NCBI GenBank assembly: GCA_944389225.1 | Contig: CALXLP010000004.1 | Coordinates: 7,314 to 71,313 of the forward strand | Direction: 5' to 3' | Length of the DNA stretch: 64,000 nucleotides | Source of the DNA: an uncultured Clostridia bacterium | GTDB taxonomy: Bacteria > Bacillota > Clostridia > TANB77 > CAG-508 | Notes under the pieces: model-generated | Databases searched by the model: none | What the model was told of the DNA's origin: nothing | The model's input: the letters and a program-made list of their open reading frames with translations, nothing else | Translations under genes and position numbers: made by a program | In this document: positions 21,205-31,201 of the stretch, in pieces | Layout: each line of letters starts with the position of its first letter | Numbering within the stretch: the stretch's first letter is position 1

Positions 21205-21919
21205 TTATTATCTCCATAAATAATTCTTCTAATGAGTTATTTTCTTTCATTTTTTCTCTTAACTCTTCTATTTTTCCTACAAATACGATTTTTCCCTTAT
21301 TAATAATTGCTACTCTATCACATAAATTTTCTGCTACTTCTAATATATGTGTAGAAAAAAACACAACATTTCCATTTTTTGCATATTCTTTCATCATTGT
21401 TTTTAAATCATAAATTGCTTTTGGATCCAATCCTGTAATTGGTTCATCTAATATCCAATTTTTTGGTTGATGTAATAATACCCCTATAATAATTATTTTT
21501 TGTCTCATTCCATGTGAATAGCTCTCTATTTTTTCATTTAATGCTTCTTCCATATCAAATTTTTTAGATAATTCTTTTATAGCTTTTATTCTTTCTTCTT
21601 TTCCAACTTTATATATATCTGCCATAAAATTTAAATATTCTATTCCTTTTAAATTTAAAAACATATCTGGGCTATCTGGAATAAGTCCTATTTTCTTTTT
21701 CGCTTCATATGGCTCATTTTTTATACTTTTTCCATCAATAAAAATATCTCCCTCATCTATCTCTAAAATCCCTGTCATCATTTTTATTACTGTTGTTTTC
21801 CCAGCACCATTTGGTCCTAAAAATCCTAATATTTCTCCATCTTTAATTTCTAAATTCAAATTATCAATTATTTTAGATCCTTTTATATAAGATTTAGATA
21901 TATTTTTTATTTCTATCAT
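21194..21919 (-). CDS. ABC transporter ATP-binding protein
   Basis: Walker A GPNGAGKTT, signature LSGGMRQ-like (SHGMRQK), Walker B ILDEP. Confidence 0.85.
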   Translation of the reverse strand: MIEIKNISKSYIKGSKIIDNLNLEIKDGEILGFLGPNGAGKTTVIKMMTGILEIDEGDIFIDGKSIKNEPYEAKKKIGLIPDSPDMFLNLKGIEYLNFMADIYKVGKEERIKAIKELSKKFDMEEALNEKIESYSHGMRQKIIIIGVLLHQPKNWILDEPITGLDPKAIYDLKTMMKEYAKNGNVVFFSTHILEVAENLCDRVAIINKGKIVFVGKIEELREKMKENNSLEELFMEIISDD

Positions 21920-21992
21920 ATTTTCTCTCCTTTATATGAGAATATTTTTATACTATAATAAATCTAAAGAGAGAATATCATATTCTCTCTTT

Positions 21993-23345
21993 TTATTCAA
22001 TACTAAATGACATTACAAAATCTGTTTCCTCTTTTAAATTCATAATAATTGTCATATTTCTTTCGTTTGTTTCAGGATTTTGAGCATCTTTAAATTTTAG
22101 TTGATATATATATGCATTTCCTTCCTGGTAAAAATTTGTATATTCCACTTCATTTGTATCAAACAAATTATTTCTGATATCCTCCTCTAAATCATTTACA
22201 GTATTATAATTATTGTTTCTAAATGTATCATCTAATTTATCATATATATATTGATAATCTTTAGAATTAATTGCTTCTATAATTTTTTGTATATTCATTC
22301 CTACTTTAACTTCGTCTGTTGATGAATTATATTTTTCTATAAATTCTTCCATATCTATTGTATATGAATCCAACATTACTGTATATGTTCCTGGATATGT
22401 AACATAAAATATGAAGTAATTATTATATCCATCTACACATATGTATCTAGTATAATCCGCAAATTGTTCTACTAAATAGCTTGTTAATCCAAATTTTTCA
22501 TTTTTACTTGCAAATTCATAATATTCATTAAAATTTTCATATTCTGAAATATCTTTATCTTCAAATTCAAGTGAAATATTAAATCTATTTCTATTATTTT
22601 GGATATATGTATTAAATTCATCTATTGAGCTAAATCTTTTGTTCTGGTATTCTTTGTCCAATAAATTATAAGCCTCTTCACTATCTGTAAGCATAGTTTT
22701 TATATAATCTGCAAAATATAACTTTGACGTAACTTCATCATTTAAATCTTTATATACATAAGAATTATAAACTTTTTTGTCTATATTTTGTACATCATCC
22801 TCTTCTACATCATTTTGGTTATTAATTCTATCATTATAAAAATCTTCTGTAGTTGGTTCTATATCAAATGTCTGATTATTAAGATCTAAATGAACAATAA
22901 AATAAACATTTTGGTGATCTATTCTTCCTTTAACATAATATGTTGTTATACTAAAATTAGCTAATTCATACATTTCTACTGTTCGATATGTATTATAATC
23001 ATTATATTTTTCTAAAACAGTAAGTATATTATTGTTATTAACATTATTTTTATTTATATAATTTTCGTTTAAATATGTCATTAATACACTACTATCCTCA
23101 ACCTCTAACATTCTAAAGTATGATTTTATACATTCATCAACTGTATAATATGTTACAGCATTATTGGTTCTAATAAGTGAAATTGGATTTTTATCCTCAG
23201 ACTTAATTCCTTCTTTACTTTCAAGTATTTCATCATATTTACTATCTTCTTCTTTTAATGCTTTCACTAATAGAATAGATACAATTAAAATAATAATCAA
23301 TAAACCTATTATAGAATATATTATAATTTTCTTTTTATTTTTCAT
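21993..23345 (-). CDS. membrane-anchored extracellular protein, Asn/Tyr-rich, unknown function
   Basis: N-terminal TM helix then 420-aa hydrophilic domain; sits immediately downstream of the T4SS hydrolase gene. Confidence 0.4.
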   Translation of the reverse strand: MKNKKKIIIYSIIGLLIIILIVSILLVKALKEEDSKYDEILESKEGIKSEDKNPISLIRTNNAVTYYTVDECIKSYFRMLEVEDSSVLMTYLNENYINKNNVNNNNILTVLEKYNDYNTYRTVEMYELANFSITTYYVKGRIDHQNVYFIVHLDLNNQTFDIEPTTEDFYNDRINNQNDVEEDDVQNIDKKVYNSYVYKDLNDEVTSKLYFADYIKTMLTDSEEAYNLLDKEYQNKRFSSIDEFNTYIQNNRNRFNISLEFEDKDISEYENFNEYYEFASKNEKFGLTSYLVEQFADYTRYICVDGYNNYFIFYVTYPGTYTVMLDSYTIDMEEFIEKYNSSTDEVKVGMNIQKIIEAINSKDYQYIYDKLDDTFRNNNYNTVNDLEEDIRNNLFDTNEVEYTNFYQEGNAYIYQLKFKDAQNPETNERNMTIIMNLKEETDFVMSFSIE

Positions 23346-23368
23346 CTAAAGCCTCCTATTTTTTATAA

Positions 23369-26300
23369 CTATGTTCCACAGAATGAAAAATGCATATAAT
23401 CCTTAGAAGATGTCCAATCTCCTCCCCAGCCCCATCCAGCTGCTTTGAAAGATTGAACCAAAGCACTATCTGGTTTTATTGAGTATGGGTTATTTCCAGG
23501 ATCATAGAACCAATTTCCTGTTGGGCTTCCATTTTTGAACTGTCCATTTTCTGTTGAATTAATATCAACTGCTAATCCATAGCAATGTTGACTGTGAGGT
23601 AATCCTCCTGCTTTACCTGCATTATCAGACCATCTCCATGATCCATATCCACCAATTTCATATATTTTAAATCCTTCTTGTTGAGCCGCATAACATGCAT
23701 TATATACATCTTGAGCAATTGCTTTATGCACTTGAACAGCTATAGTATATTTGTTTCCACTTTTACTTGTTGCTGGAACATTTATTGTTGTTAAATATGG
23801 CATTAATTCTGATTCATTTTGAGGTATACCATTTGGGAATAAATTTGCTACTTTTGTATATGCATCTGCATTAGCATATTCAGTTGATGCAGTTCCTGTT
23901 GTAGCTACTAATGCTCCTTCTCCGAAGATTTGAGTTGCACATTGCATTATTTTTTCAACATAAGCTGCGGCATAATCTGCTTCTTCCTGCAATGTATGTC
24001 CATCTCCTATATATGCATATGCTGAAAATACATCATATATTGTAGACATATCTCCTCTAAATTTATTATTAACCGTAGCAAATTCTGCTGCTCTTGCTTG
24101 ATATGTAGGATTTCCATTAATTTGACTATTAATTTGATTACAATATCCTTGTACAGCATTTTCCATGCTCGCATAACTATTTCCATAATTCTGTCCATTA
24201 TATACTGCTATTCCCCAATAGTTATATGGTGAAGTACTTGGGTCATCCCAATTTTGTTCTTGCCATGCTTGTGCTGCACAAAGTACAGGGTTTATATTGT
24301 TTCTTACACATACATCATATATAGTTCCTGCATTATCTCTAAATACTTGTGTTCCTGATCCTTTACTAATAGCTGGTGCGTAACTTTGTACTGCTGCAAT
24401 AAACTCTTCTCTGGTAAAAGATGTTGTTGTAATACTTAATAATCCTAATCCTCCTGAGGCACCAGTAACACCATTAAATACAAATACATTAAAATCAAAT
24501 TCTGTTACTCCATAATCTTTTCCTGTGGCTTTATAGAATAAATATTTTGTCAAGTCCACAAAATCTGTCATTCCATTTCCTTCTAATAAATCAAATAACC
24601 ACTCTGAAGCTCCTAGTAAATGATGTTTTGCCTTCTGATTTCCGTCTTTTAACAATATTGTTACAAAATTAGGCTCTGTTGCATTTTTATCTGTTTTTTC
24701 TTCTACCGTAGCTGGTGATGCAACATATTTGGTAGTATCTGTCTTATTGGTAATTTCCTCTGTTATTTCAAATACTCCATGCCATACATTACAAGTTGTA
24801 TTAACACTTGAACTAACAATTGTATTTCCTTGACTAGTTAAAGCACTTTCCTCTGATTGTAGGGTTGCTGCTCCATCTCCATTTCTATCTTCTTGTATTT
24901 GTTCTGGATCTCCATATTCTACATTATCTAATGATTGTGCACCTCCACTTTGTTCTTCTCCATTTTGTGTTCCCTGATATTCATACTGTTTCGTATACTT
25001 TAACATCCAAACATCTGCTTTTGTTAAACTAATATCTAATGTATTTGTCGTTGTAATTGTTGTTTTAGTCGTTTTACATGGATCTGGATACTCCACTGGC
25101 TCAAAACCACTAGACTTAGAAAATGTTTTTACTTGATTTCCTTGTGAAGCTGCTGCTCCACTTGTATTATTAGAATGATATGTAATACTTCCTTCAACAT
25201 TAGTCGTTTGTACCTTTTCTGTTCTAGTATAGTTATATATGTCTTTTTTTGTATGTACATTTAAATTATCATGTACAGTAATTTCTATATCACTATCATA
25301 TACTAAATCTGCTAAATCTAATACAAAATCTTGATCTTCACTTTGAACTAACAAATCCCATAGATAGTCAAATGGCATTGTATATCCTTTAACAAAGTCT
25401 TGATAATTTATTTTTTGTGTTGTCATTGATAATGTTGTATTATTACTTTCTTCTACTTGTGGATCATCTGTTTCCACTATTACTTGTGTTTGACTCCAAG
25501 TAGCTACAACTACACTATATGCATTTTGATTTTGTGCTGTCCCTGTGTTTTCTACCTGATCTATCTCTTTATTCAAATACTTGCTATTATAATCATCAAG
25601 AGTCACATTACTTTCAACTAAATATATCTTTGCACCACTTGTATATGAACCATATGGCGCTGCATTTAACGTTGATTGATCCACATTAGCATATACATCT
25701 ACCTGATTATCAGCCAATCCACCACCTGTATCTGTTACATAGAAAAATTTTCCATTAGCATATGAACCTTCTCCATCTTCAGCTGTTTCTATGTAAATTA
25801 CACTATTTTTATATTGTTGTAAATCTTTCATAGCTACTTGTCCATCTGATAATTCATATCCTATTGCATTTAACTTTCCACCTTCCATTGCAGAACCGTC
25901 TCCATTGTAGAAAGTTATCTTTCCATTGTCAGTTATTAATTGCATATCTACAGTCGATGTTTCTTCTTCATCACTATCATCATCATCTTCTTCTCCGTCT
26001 TCATCTCCACCAGATATAATTTTTGTTGGACTTCCTGCTTGCCATCCCCATCCTAACCATCCAGTTCTACCATCTACTGTAAATCCATATCTTTCCTGCC
26101 ATGCAACCCACTCTTCTAAGGATTGCGTTCTTATTCCATTACTAACACTATCCATTACTTGTCCATTACCTATATATATACCAACATGTCCTGCACCATA
26201 TGCTCCTGTTCCTGTCCCGTAAACAGCTGCACCTATAGGTATATTATCCATATCTGTTGACACAACATTTGCCCTATACGCATCAACTGCTTTTGCATAT

Positions 26301-27061
26301 GCTACATCGCCTAATCCTGCATTTGCATAAACGGCTCTTACCCAGGCCTGACACAAACTAGCTCCTGGCCATGGTGTAATCTGTGCTGCTGCTATAATTC
26401 TTTCTGATATATCTGTTACAATATCGCTTCCATTATATTCTAGATTATCAGTTGCTCCACTACCTGTTGTCATATTTTTTTCTATTGTAAAATGGGTTAA
26501 TGCATTTTGTCTAGCACTTTCATCTCCAGTAGAACAATAGATTTCTATCCAATTATAAAATGTGTCACTATCCACATATGACATCGTGGCAGTTGTACCA
26601 TCACTTTGTGCTCTTTTAAATTTGATAATTCCTTGAACATCTGTAGATTCTAAATCACTATTAATTGTATCCCAATCAATTTCTTCATCTGGATTTGGTC
26701 TTAAATCTGGATAATTGGTTACAATTTCAGCATTCATTAATTTTAATAATTCTTCAGGACCGTCCAAATACAAATCAACTCTGCTTCCTTCTTCCATCAT
26801 TTTATCCCATAGCTCTTGAGCTGACATACTTGTAGATATTTTTCCATCAGAATTTATAGATGTATTTCCTGTATACTGTCCAGCTGCATATTGTGTATTT
26901 GCCCAATCTCCTTCTTTATATGTTCCATCATTCTTTTTAACAACATATACAGCTGCTGATATAATAATAAGAATTATCAACACCGAAGGTAATACCAATT
27001 TAATAGCTCGTTTTCCCATATTTTTTAAATTTTGTTTTATTTTTTGTAATTTCTCATTCAT
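23369..27061 (-). CDS. T4SS-associated multidomain peptidoglycan hydrolase: TM anchor, NlpC/P60-CHAP-like cysteine peptidase, 3D (RlpA/MltA-like) domain, lysozyme/GH73-like domain and C-terminal peptidase M15 (VanY-like) domain
   Basis: Cys in ASLCQAWVRAVY and His in GHVGIYIGNG (papain-like dyad); KFFYVTDTGGGLADNQVDVYANVD (3D motif); VLCAAQAWQEQNW (glycosidase-like); HSQHCYGLAVDIN (M15 H-x-x-G-x-A-x-D zinc motif). 1230 aa. Confidence 0.8.
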   Translation of the reverse strand: MNEKLQKIKQNLKNMGKRAIKLVLPSVLIILIIISAAVYVVKKNDGTYKEGDWANTQYAAGQYTGNTSINSDGKISTSMSAQELWDKMMEEGSRVDLYLDGPEELLKLMNAEIVTNYPDLRPNPDEEIDWDTINSDLESTDVQGIIKFKRAQSDGTTATMSYVDSDTFYNWIEIYCSTGDESARQNALTHFTIEKNMTTGSGATDNLEYNGSDIVTDISERIIAAAQITPWPGASLCQAWVRAVYANAGLGDVAYAKAVDAYRANVVSTDMDNIPIGAAVYGTGTGAYGAGHVGIYIGNGQVMDSVSNGIRTQSLEEWVAWQERYGFTVDGRTGWLGWGWQAGSPTKIISGGDEDGEEDDDDSDEEETSTVDMQLITDNGKITFYNGDGSAMEGGKLNAIGYELSDGQVAMKDLQQYKNSVIYIETAEDGEGSYANGKFFYVTDTGGGLADNQVDVYANVDQSTLNAAPYGSYTSGAKIYLVESNVTLDDYNSKYLNKEIDQVENTGTAQNQNAYSVVVATWSQTQVIVETDDPQVEESNNTTLSMTTQKINYQDFVKGYTMPFDYLWDLLVQSEDQDFVLDLADLVYDSDIEITVHDNLNVHTKKDIYNYTRTEKVQTTNVEGSITYHSNNTSGAAASQGNQVKTFSKSSGFEPVEYPDPCKTTKTTITTTNTLDISLTKADVWMLKYTKQYEYQGTQNGEEQSGGAQSLDNVEYGDPEQIQEDRNGDGAATLQSEESALTSQGNTIVSSSVNTTCNVWHGVFEITEEITNKTDTTKYVASPATVEEKTDKNATEPNFVTILLKDGNQKAKHHLLGASEWLFDLLEGNGMTDFVDLTKYLFYKATGKDYGVTEFDFNVFVFNGVTGASGGLGLLSITTTSFTREEFIAAVQSYAPAISKGSGTQVFRDNAGTIYDVCVRNNINPVLCAAQAWQEQNWDDPSTSPYNYWGIAVYNGQNYGNSYASMENAVQGYCNQINSQINGNPTYQARAAEFATVNNKFRGDMSTIYDVFSAYAYIGDGHTLQEEADYAAAYVEKIMQCATQIFGEGALVATTGTASTEYANADAYTKVANLFPNGIPQNESELMPYLTTINVPATSKSGNKYTIAVQVHKAIAQDVYNACYAAQQEGFKIYEIGGYGSWRWSDNAGKAGGLPHSQHCYGLAVDINSTENGQFKNGSPTGNWFYDPGNNPYSIKPDSALVQSFKAAGWGWGGDWTSSKDYMHFSFCGT

Positions 27062-27078
27062 ATTAGCTCCTATATTTC

Positions 27079-28023
27079 TTAGATTTCTACTTCTATAGAA
27101 TTATTATATTTAGGTGAATTTGTTTTATAATTTAATATCACCCTAGAAAAGACTAATTTATCTATTTCTTTTTCTGAACCATATTTACTGTAATATTTTA
27201 TTTCTATTTCTTTTGTTTCTCTTGGACTAACTTCTAAGTCCGCCTCTCCAATTTCATGTGTATATGCTGGATATTGAATACCATTTTTATCTTCAATATA
27301 CATTGCATTTATATCTTGTCTATCATCTAAGATAATAGCATTTTCTGAATTATTTTTTACACGTATTTTAAAGATTTGATAGTCCATATATGTTTTTTCT
27401 TCTAAAACTTCTATTTGAATTCCATCTTGTTCATTGGATTTGTTTATTTCTTTTTTTCCTATATAATTATTAATATTTAGCTTATATGTATCATCTTGTT
27501 CTTCTACAGTTATATAATCTTGTTTGGTATTTTCTTTTGTATATTTTCCTGTTGAAAGAAAATCGTCATTAATGCTTATTTTGTATATATTATCTATCCA
27601 ATTTTCAACACCTACATTTTTCTTGGTATTTTCAAAAACCTTATCATAATAGGCTTCTCTGAAAACTTCTTCTGTAGAATACATTTCTTGTTTACAATCT
27701 TCTGTCAATAAAGCATATGCCTCTGAAATTTGTTGATTATTACAATACTCTATAAACATATCTATTGTATCTACTTCTGATAATTGATCTGAAGAAAGAT
27801 TTTCACCTGTAATTGTTGATTGTGTTTCATCTAAAGTAACACTATTATATTCTTTTACTTCATTTGAATTTTGAATTTGATTTGTTTCTTGTAATATTTT
27901 TTCATTGTCTACTTTACTCCAGTAATTAAATAATTGTATAACAAGTATTACTAATGCAATAATCCCAATAATTATCCAAATTATTTTTCTGTTTTGGTTG
28001 TACCATCTAATGAATCTATACAT
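27079..28023 (-). CDS. bitopic membrane protein, candidate VirB8-like (Orf13/TcpC/ConB-like) T4SS component
   Basis: N-terminal TM then ~280-aa extracytoplasmic domain; position in the cluster next to the hydrolase. Confidence 0.35.
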   Translation of the reverse strand: MYRFIRWYNQNRKIIWIIIGIIALVILVIQLFNYWSKVDNEKILQETNQIQNSNEVKEYNSVTLDETQSTITGENLSSDQLSEVDTIDMFIEYCNNQQISEAYALLTEDCKQEMYSTEEVFREAYYDKVFENTKKNVGVENWIDNIYKISINDDFLSTGKYTKENTKQDYITVEEQDDTYKLNINNYIGKKEINKSNEQDGIQIEVLEEKTYMDYQIFKIRVKNNSENAIILDDRQDINAMYIEDKNGIQYPAYTHEIGEADLEVSPRETKEIEIKYYSKYGSEKEIDKLVFSRVILNYKTNSPKYNNSIEVEI

Positions 28024-28166
28024 TTACTCTCTCCTTATCTATTTTACTCTTTAAAACCTCTGATAAAGAATCATATAGTTTCTATCTTTGTCATTTATAA
28101 AATAGAAACTATATGATTACAAGTATTAACTATGTATTTATAATCATATAGTTCCTCCTTTTATAA

Positions 28167-30035
28167 CTATCTTAAGTTTTTCTTTAATGATTCAAATTCA
28201 TGTGTCATCTTTGTGATTCGTTTTGCTTTTCCTTCGGCACGTTGTTGAGAATTTCCTCTATCTGTAAATTCTTTTGTATATCCACCTTCTATATCTGCTC
28301 TATCTTTAGGTTTTTGTCTTGTTATATCTCCATATTTATCATAAGCATCATAGAATACCATGGCATCATTAAAGTTTACATTTTTCTCTTTTTGTAATTT
28401 TTCTAATGCTGCAATATCTTTTGCATCTGTAATTTCATTTTTCAAATATTGATCAATTTTATTATCCTTATATAAACTTTTTGCTCCTTCTCTTCCTAAA
28501 TATCTTTCTAGTTCTTGTCTCTTTTCATCATCACGTTTCCATTTTTTCATATTCTTTTGAGCCATATGGTCATCATATTTATCTCCATAGAACTCTCTTT
28601 CTCTGGCAATCTGCATTGCTGATTTAGTATTAGATGTTTCTACACCAGCCCTTGAAGCACCAATTGTTCCTGCCGCTAAAGCTGCTCCTCCACCATATGT
28701 AATTAAATTACTTGGATCTCCAGATGCAATAGCAGCTCCTACGCCTATTGCTCCTGCTGTTGCTCCTAAAGCTACCCCTGCTGCTGCTTTTACTGCAAGA
28801 TTTGGTGCTGCTGCAATTGCTCCGCCTACTGTTCTTCTAGCAGTTCTTATTGCATTCTTTGTACCTTGTTTTGCAGTATATTTTATTGCTCTTCCTGCTC
28901 CTTTTACTACATCTCCCGCAGTCATTCTTCCAGCTCTACCTCTTGATCCTTTTATTTTTGGTGTTTGCTTTCTTTGTGCCGTTTCACTTTCTTTTAAAGC
29001 TTCTTCTTCTGCTTGTTTTGTTTCTTTTTCTTGCTTTTGTTCTAATTCTCTTAAATTTTTGTTATAATATGGGTCATTAAGCGGATTATATTCTGAATCG
29101 TATTCACTTGTATCTGGATTAAAATATTCTCCTAAAGCATTTTTGTCAAAACCTTCTTGTTGATATTTCTTTAAAGCTTCTTCTTCATTCTTTAATCTTT
29201 GATTATAACCCGGATCTTCAAGTGGATTATATTCCGAATCATACTCATCTGTATACGGATTATAATATTCTCCTAAAGCATTTTGATCAAAACCTTCACT
29301 CTTATATTTTTGCATTGCATCTTCTTCGTAATTAGGTCCTTTTGGTTCTGATTCGGAACCTCCTCCACTATCTAATGGTGTTAGAGGTGTTTCATCATCA
29401 TCAAAATTACTATTATCATTTGCCATGCCATCTAATGGATCAAAATCATTACCTCTATATCCTATTCTTGCTGGTGCACTTGCGTTATCTCCATCATTTC
29501 CATGACCTCCATTTTTTCCACCTTTTCCTGAAGGTGCTCTATGTAACAATTGGTGTAGACCTGTATTGATTAATCCTGCTCCTACTGCCGCACCTGCCAT
29601 TGAAGGTGGTGTATTTGCTTTTTCAAATCCAAAGAAGCTACGCATTAATTTTTCTGCTGGAATTAAAAATCCTATTGCTACTAATGAATAGATAGGGTTT
29701 TTTCCTGCTAAATCAAATGCTGATGTAACAAGAATTGTATATATTAATAAATGTAATGGTTGTATTAATAAGTTAAAAATATATTCCTTCAACCACTTAT
29801 TAAATGCTTGTGCTTGTCCATCACTTATTTTATCTATTGGATATGTTAATGCAACTAATGGTGCTATCATGGTTAAAAATGCCATATATAATACCCTTTT
29901 TAAATAAGTAAACACAAAGAAGATTGTTAATAATGTTAATATAAAGAAACATAATCCATATCCTATAAAAGATGCATCTCCATAACTCATTTCTGCCTGT
30001 ATTCTTAATTGTCCCATTAAATTCGTTGGCCACAT
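28167..30035 (-). CDS. VirB6/TrbL-like polytopic membrane protein with long low-complexity C-terminal extension containing tandem peptide repeats
   Basis: Five or more TM helices in the first 170 aa (PLVALTYPIDKI..., LLIYTILVTSAFDLAG); the C-terminus has a ~38-aa unit duplicated (EGFDxNALGEYxNPxTxEYDSEYNPLxDPxYN), which is a 114-bp direct DNA repeat. Confidence 0.5.
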   Translation of the reverse strand: MWPTNLMGQLRIQAEMSYGDASFIGYGLCFFILTLLTIFFVFTYLKRVLYMAFLTMIAPLVALTYPIDKISDGQAQAFNKWLKEYIFNLLIQPLHLLIYTILVTSAFDLAGKNPIYSLVAIGFLIPAEKLMRSFFGFEKANTPPSMAGAAVGAGLINTGLHQLLHRAPSGKGGKNGGHGNDGDNASAPARIGYRGNDFDPLDGMANDNSNFDDDETPLTPLDSGGGSESEPKGPNYEEDAMQKYKSEGFDQNALGEYYNPYTDEYDSEYNPLEDPGYNQRLKNEEEALKKYQQEGFDKNALGEYFNPDTSEYDSEYNPLNDPYYNKNLRELEQKQEKETKQAEEEALKESETAQRKQTPKIKGSRGRAGRMTAGDVVKGAGRAIKYTAKQGTKNAIRTARRTVGGAIAAAPNLAVKAAAGVALGATAGAIGVGAAIASGDPSNLITYGGGAALAAGTIGASRAGVETSNTKSAMQIAREREFYGDKYDDHMAQKNMKKWKRDDEKRQELERYLGREGAKSLYKDNKIDQYLKNEITDAKDIAALEKLQKEKNVNFNDAMVFYDAYDKYGDITRQKPKDRADIEGGYTKEFTDRGNSQQRAEGKAKRITKMTHEFESLKKNLR

Positions 30036-30090
30036 GACATACTTAGTCCCATCAACTTCTTCTACATAGTCATTATCTGGATCATCCTCA

Positions 30091-30984
30091 TTATAAAATC
30101 CGCAATTCTTTCATTTTCTTCAATAATTTATCTTGTTCTTGTAGAGTTACAGCATATCCTGTAGCAGTTGATGTTGAACCTGATTGATTGTTGGCAGCTG
30201 CCACTACTTTAGTAAATTGATTTACTATTGTTACTGAAAAGGACATAATATAATGCATAAAGAATAATAAACATAAACCTACTACCCAATCTATCAACAT
30301 TTGTTTATATTTTGCCTTATCTTGTGCCACTGTAGATAATAACATTCTTATTCCTATATATAACAATACAGACATTGATAGTACAATAGCAATATTTCTA
30401 ATTGCCGCATACCATTGACTAACTAAAGATTGTAATTCTAATGCCACATTCTGTTTTGATGTAATGATTTCGTTTCCATTTTCATCTTCATAAAAATAAT
30501 CTCTTACTTCCTCATCATCAGCCATAGCATCCATAAGTTCTTCATCAGTATCATAATCATTTAAATTATATACATTACCTTCTCCTACAACCTTTCCATC
30601 ATCATTTACTTTATTGGTATGCATTTTTATAGTATCTACAGGATTAAAGAAATCAACATCAAACAATAATATATTTCCTTTAAAAATTTCTTCTGGTGAT
30701 ATTGAATATAGTGGCAAAATTAGGTCTTCTGGATACATTGTCTTATCAAATGCAATACCAGCCATAACTCCACCTGCAACACCTACAATTATGGCTCCTG
30801 TTCCTATAGATGCTGTAACTGTAGCCCCAATAACAGCTGATGCAATTACTGCTGCTGCTCCTGCCGTAAAAGCAATTAGCAGTACAGCTGCAATACCAGC
30901 TGCTACGCCTACTAAAACACTTACCAATTTTTGCCAAAATGAATCAGACATATCTACACGAATAACAGAATCATTTTGTCCCAT
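30091..30984 (-). CDS. Gly/Ala-rich polytopic membrane protein, possibly the N-terminal half of a split VirB6-like protein
   Basis: 297 aa; TM bundle at residues 20-80 and two more helices near the C-terminus; the downstream ORF frame opens 1 codon after its stop. Confidence 0.45.
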   Translation of the reverse strand: MGQNDSVIRVDMSDSFWQKLVSVLVGVAAGIAAVLLIAFTAGAAAVIASAVIGATVTASIGTGAIIVGVAGGVMAGIAFDKTMYPEDLILPLYSISPEEIFKGNILLFDVDFFNPVDTIKMHTNKVNDDGKVVGEGNVYNLNDYDTDEELMDAMADDEEVRDYFYEDENGNEIITSKQNVALELQSLVSQWYAAIRNIAIVLSMSVLLYIGIRMLLSTVAQDKAKYKQMLIDWVVGLCLLFFMHYIMSFSVTIVNQFTKVVAAANNQSGSTSTATGYAVTLQEQDKLLKKMKELRIL

Positions 30985-31003
30985 GATAACTTTATGTGTT
31001 ATA

Positions 31004-31192
31004 TTAACAATTCCGATCTCCTAATGCTACGATTAGTGACATGATAGGACTTAATAATATACCACCATAATCTGTGTCATCTGCCTGTACTGGTGTTGCA
31101 AATCCAAATTGGAAAAGTAATACCATAAGGAGCATGATAACTATTTTTTTCCAAATTTTCTTATTTTCAAAAAATTTCATCTTTTCCTCCAA
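31004..31192 (-). CDS. small secreted/membrane peptide (62 aa) of the T4SS cluster
   Basis: Signal-peptide-like N-terminus ending TPVQA; RBS GGAGGAAAAG. Confidence 0.35.
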   Translation of the reverse strand: MEEKMKFFENKKIWKKIVIMLLMVLLFQFGFATPVQADDTDYGGILLSPIMSLIVALGDRNC

Positions 31193-31201
31193 CTATTCAT
31201 C

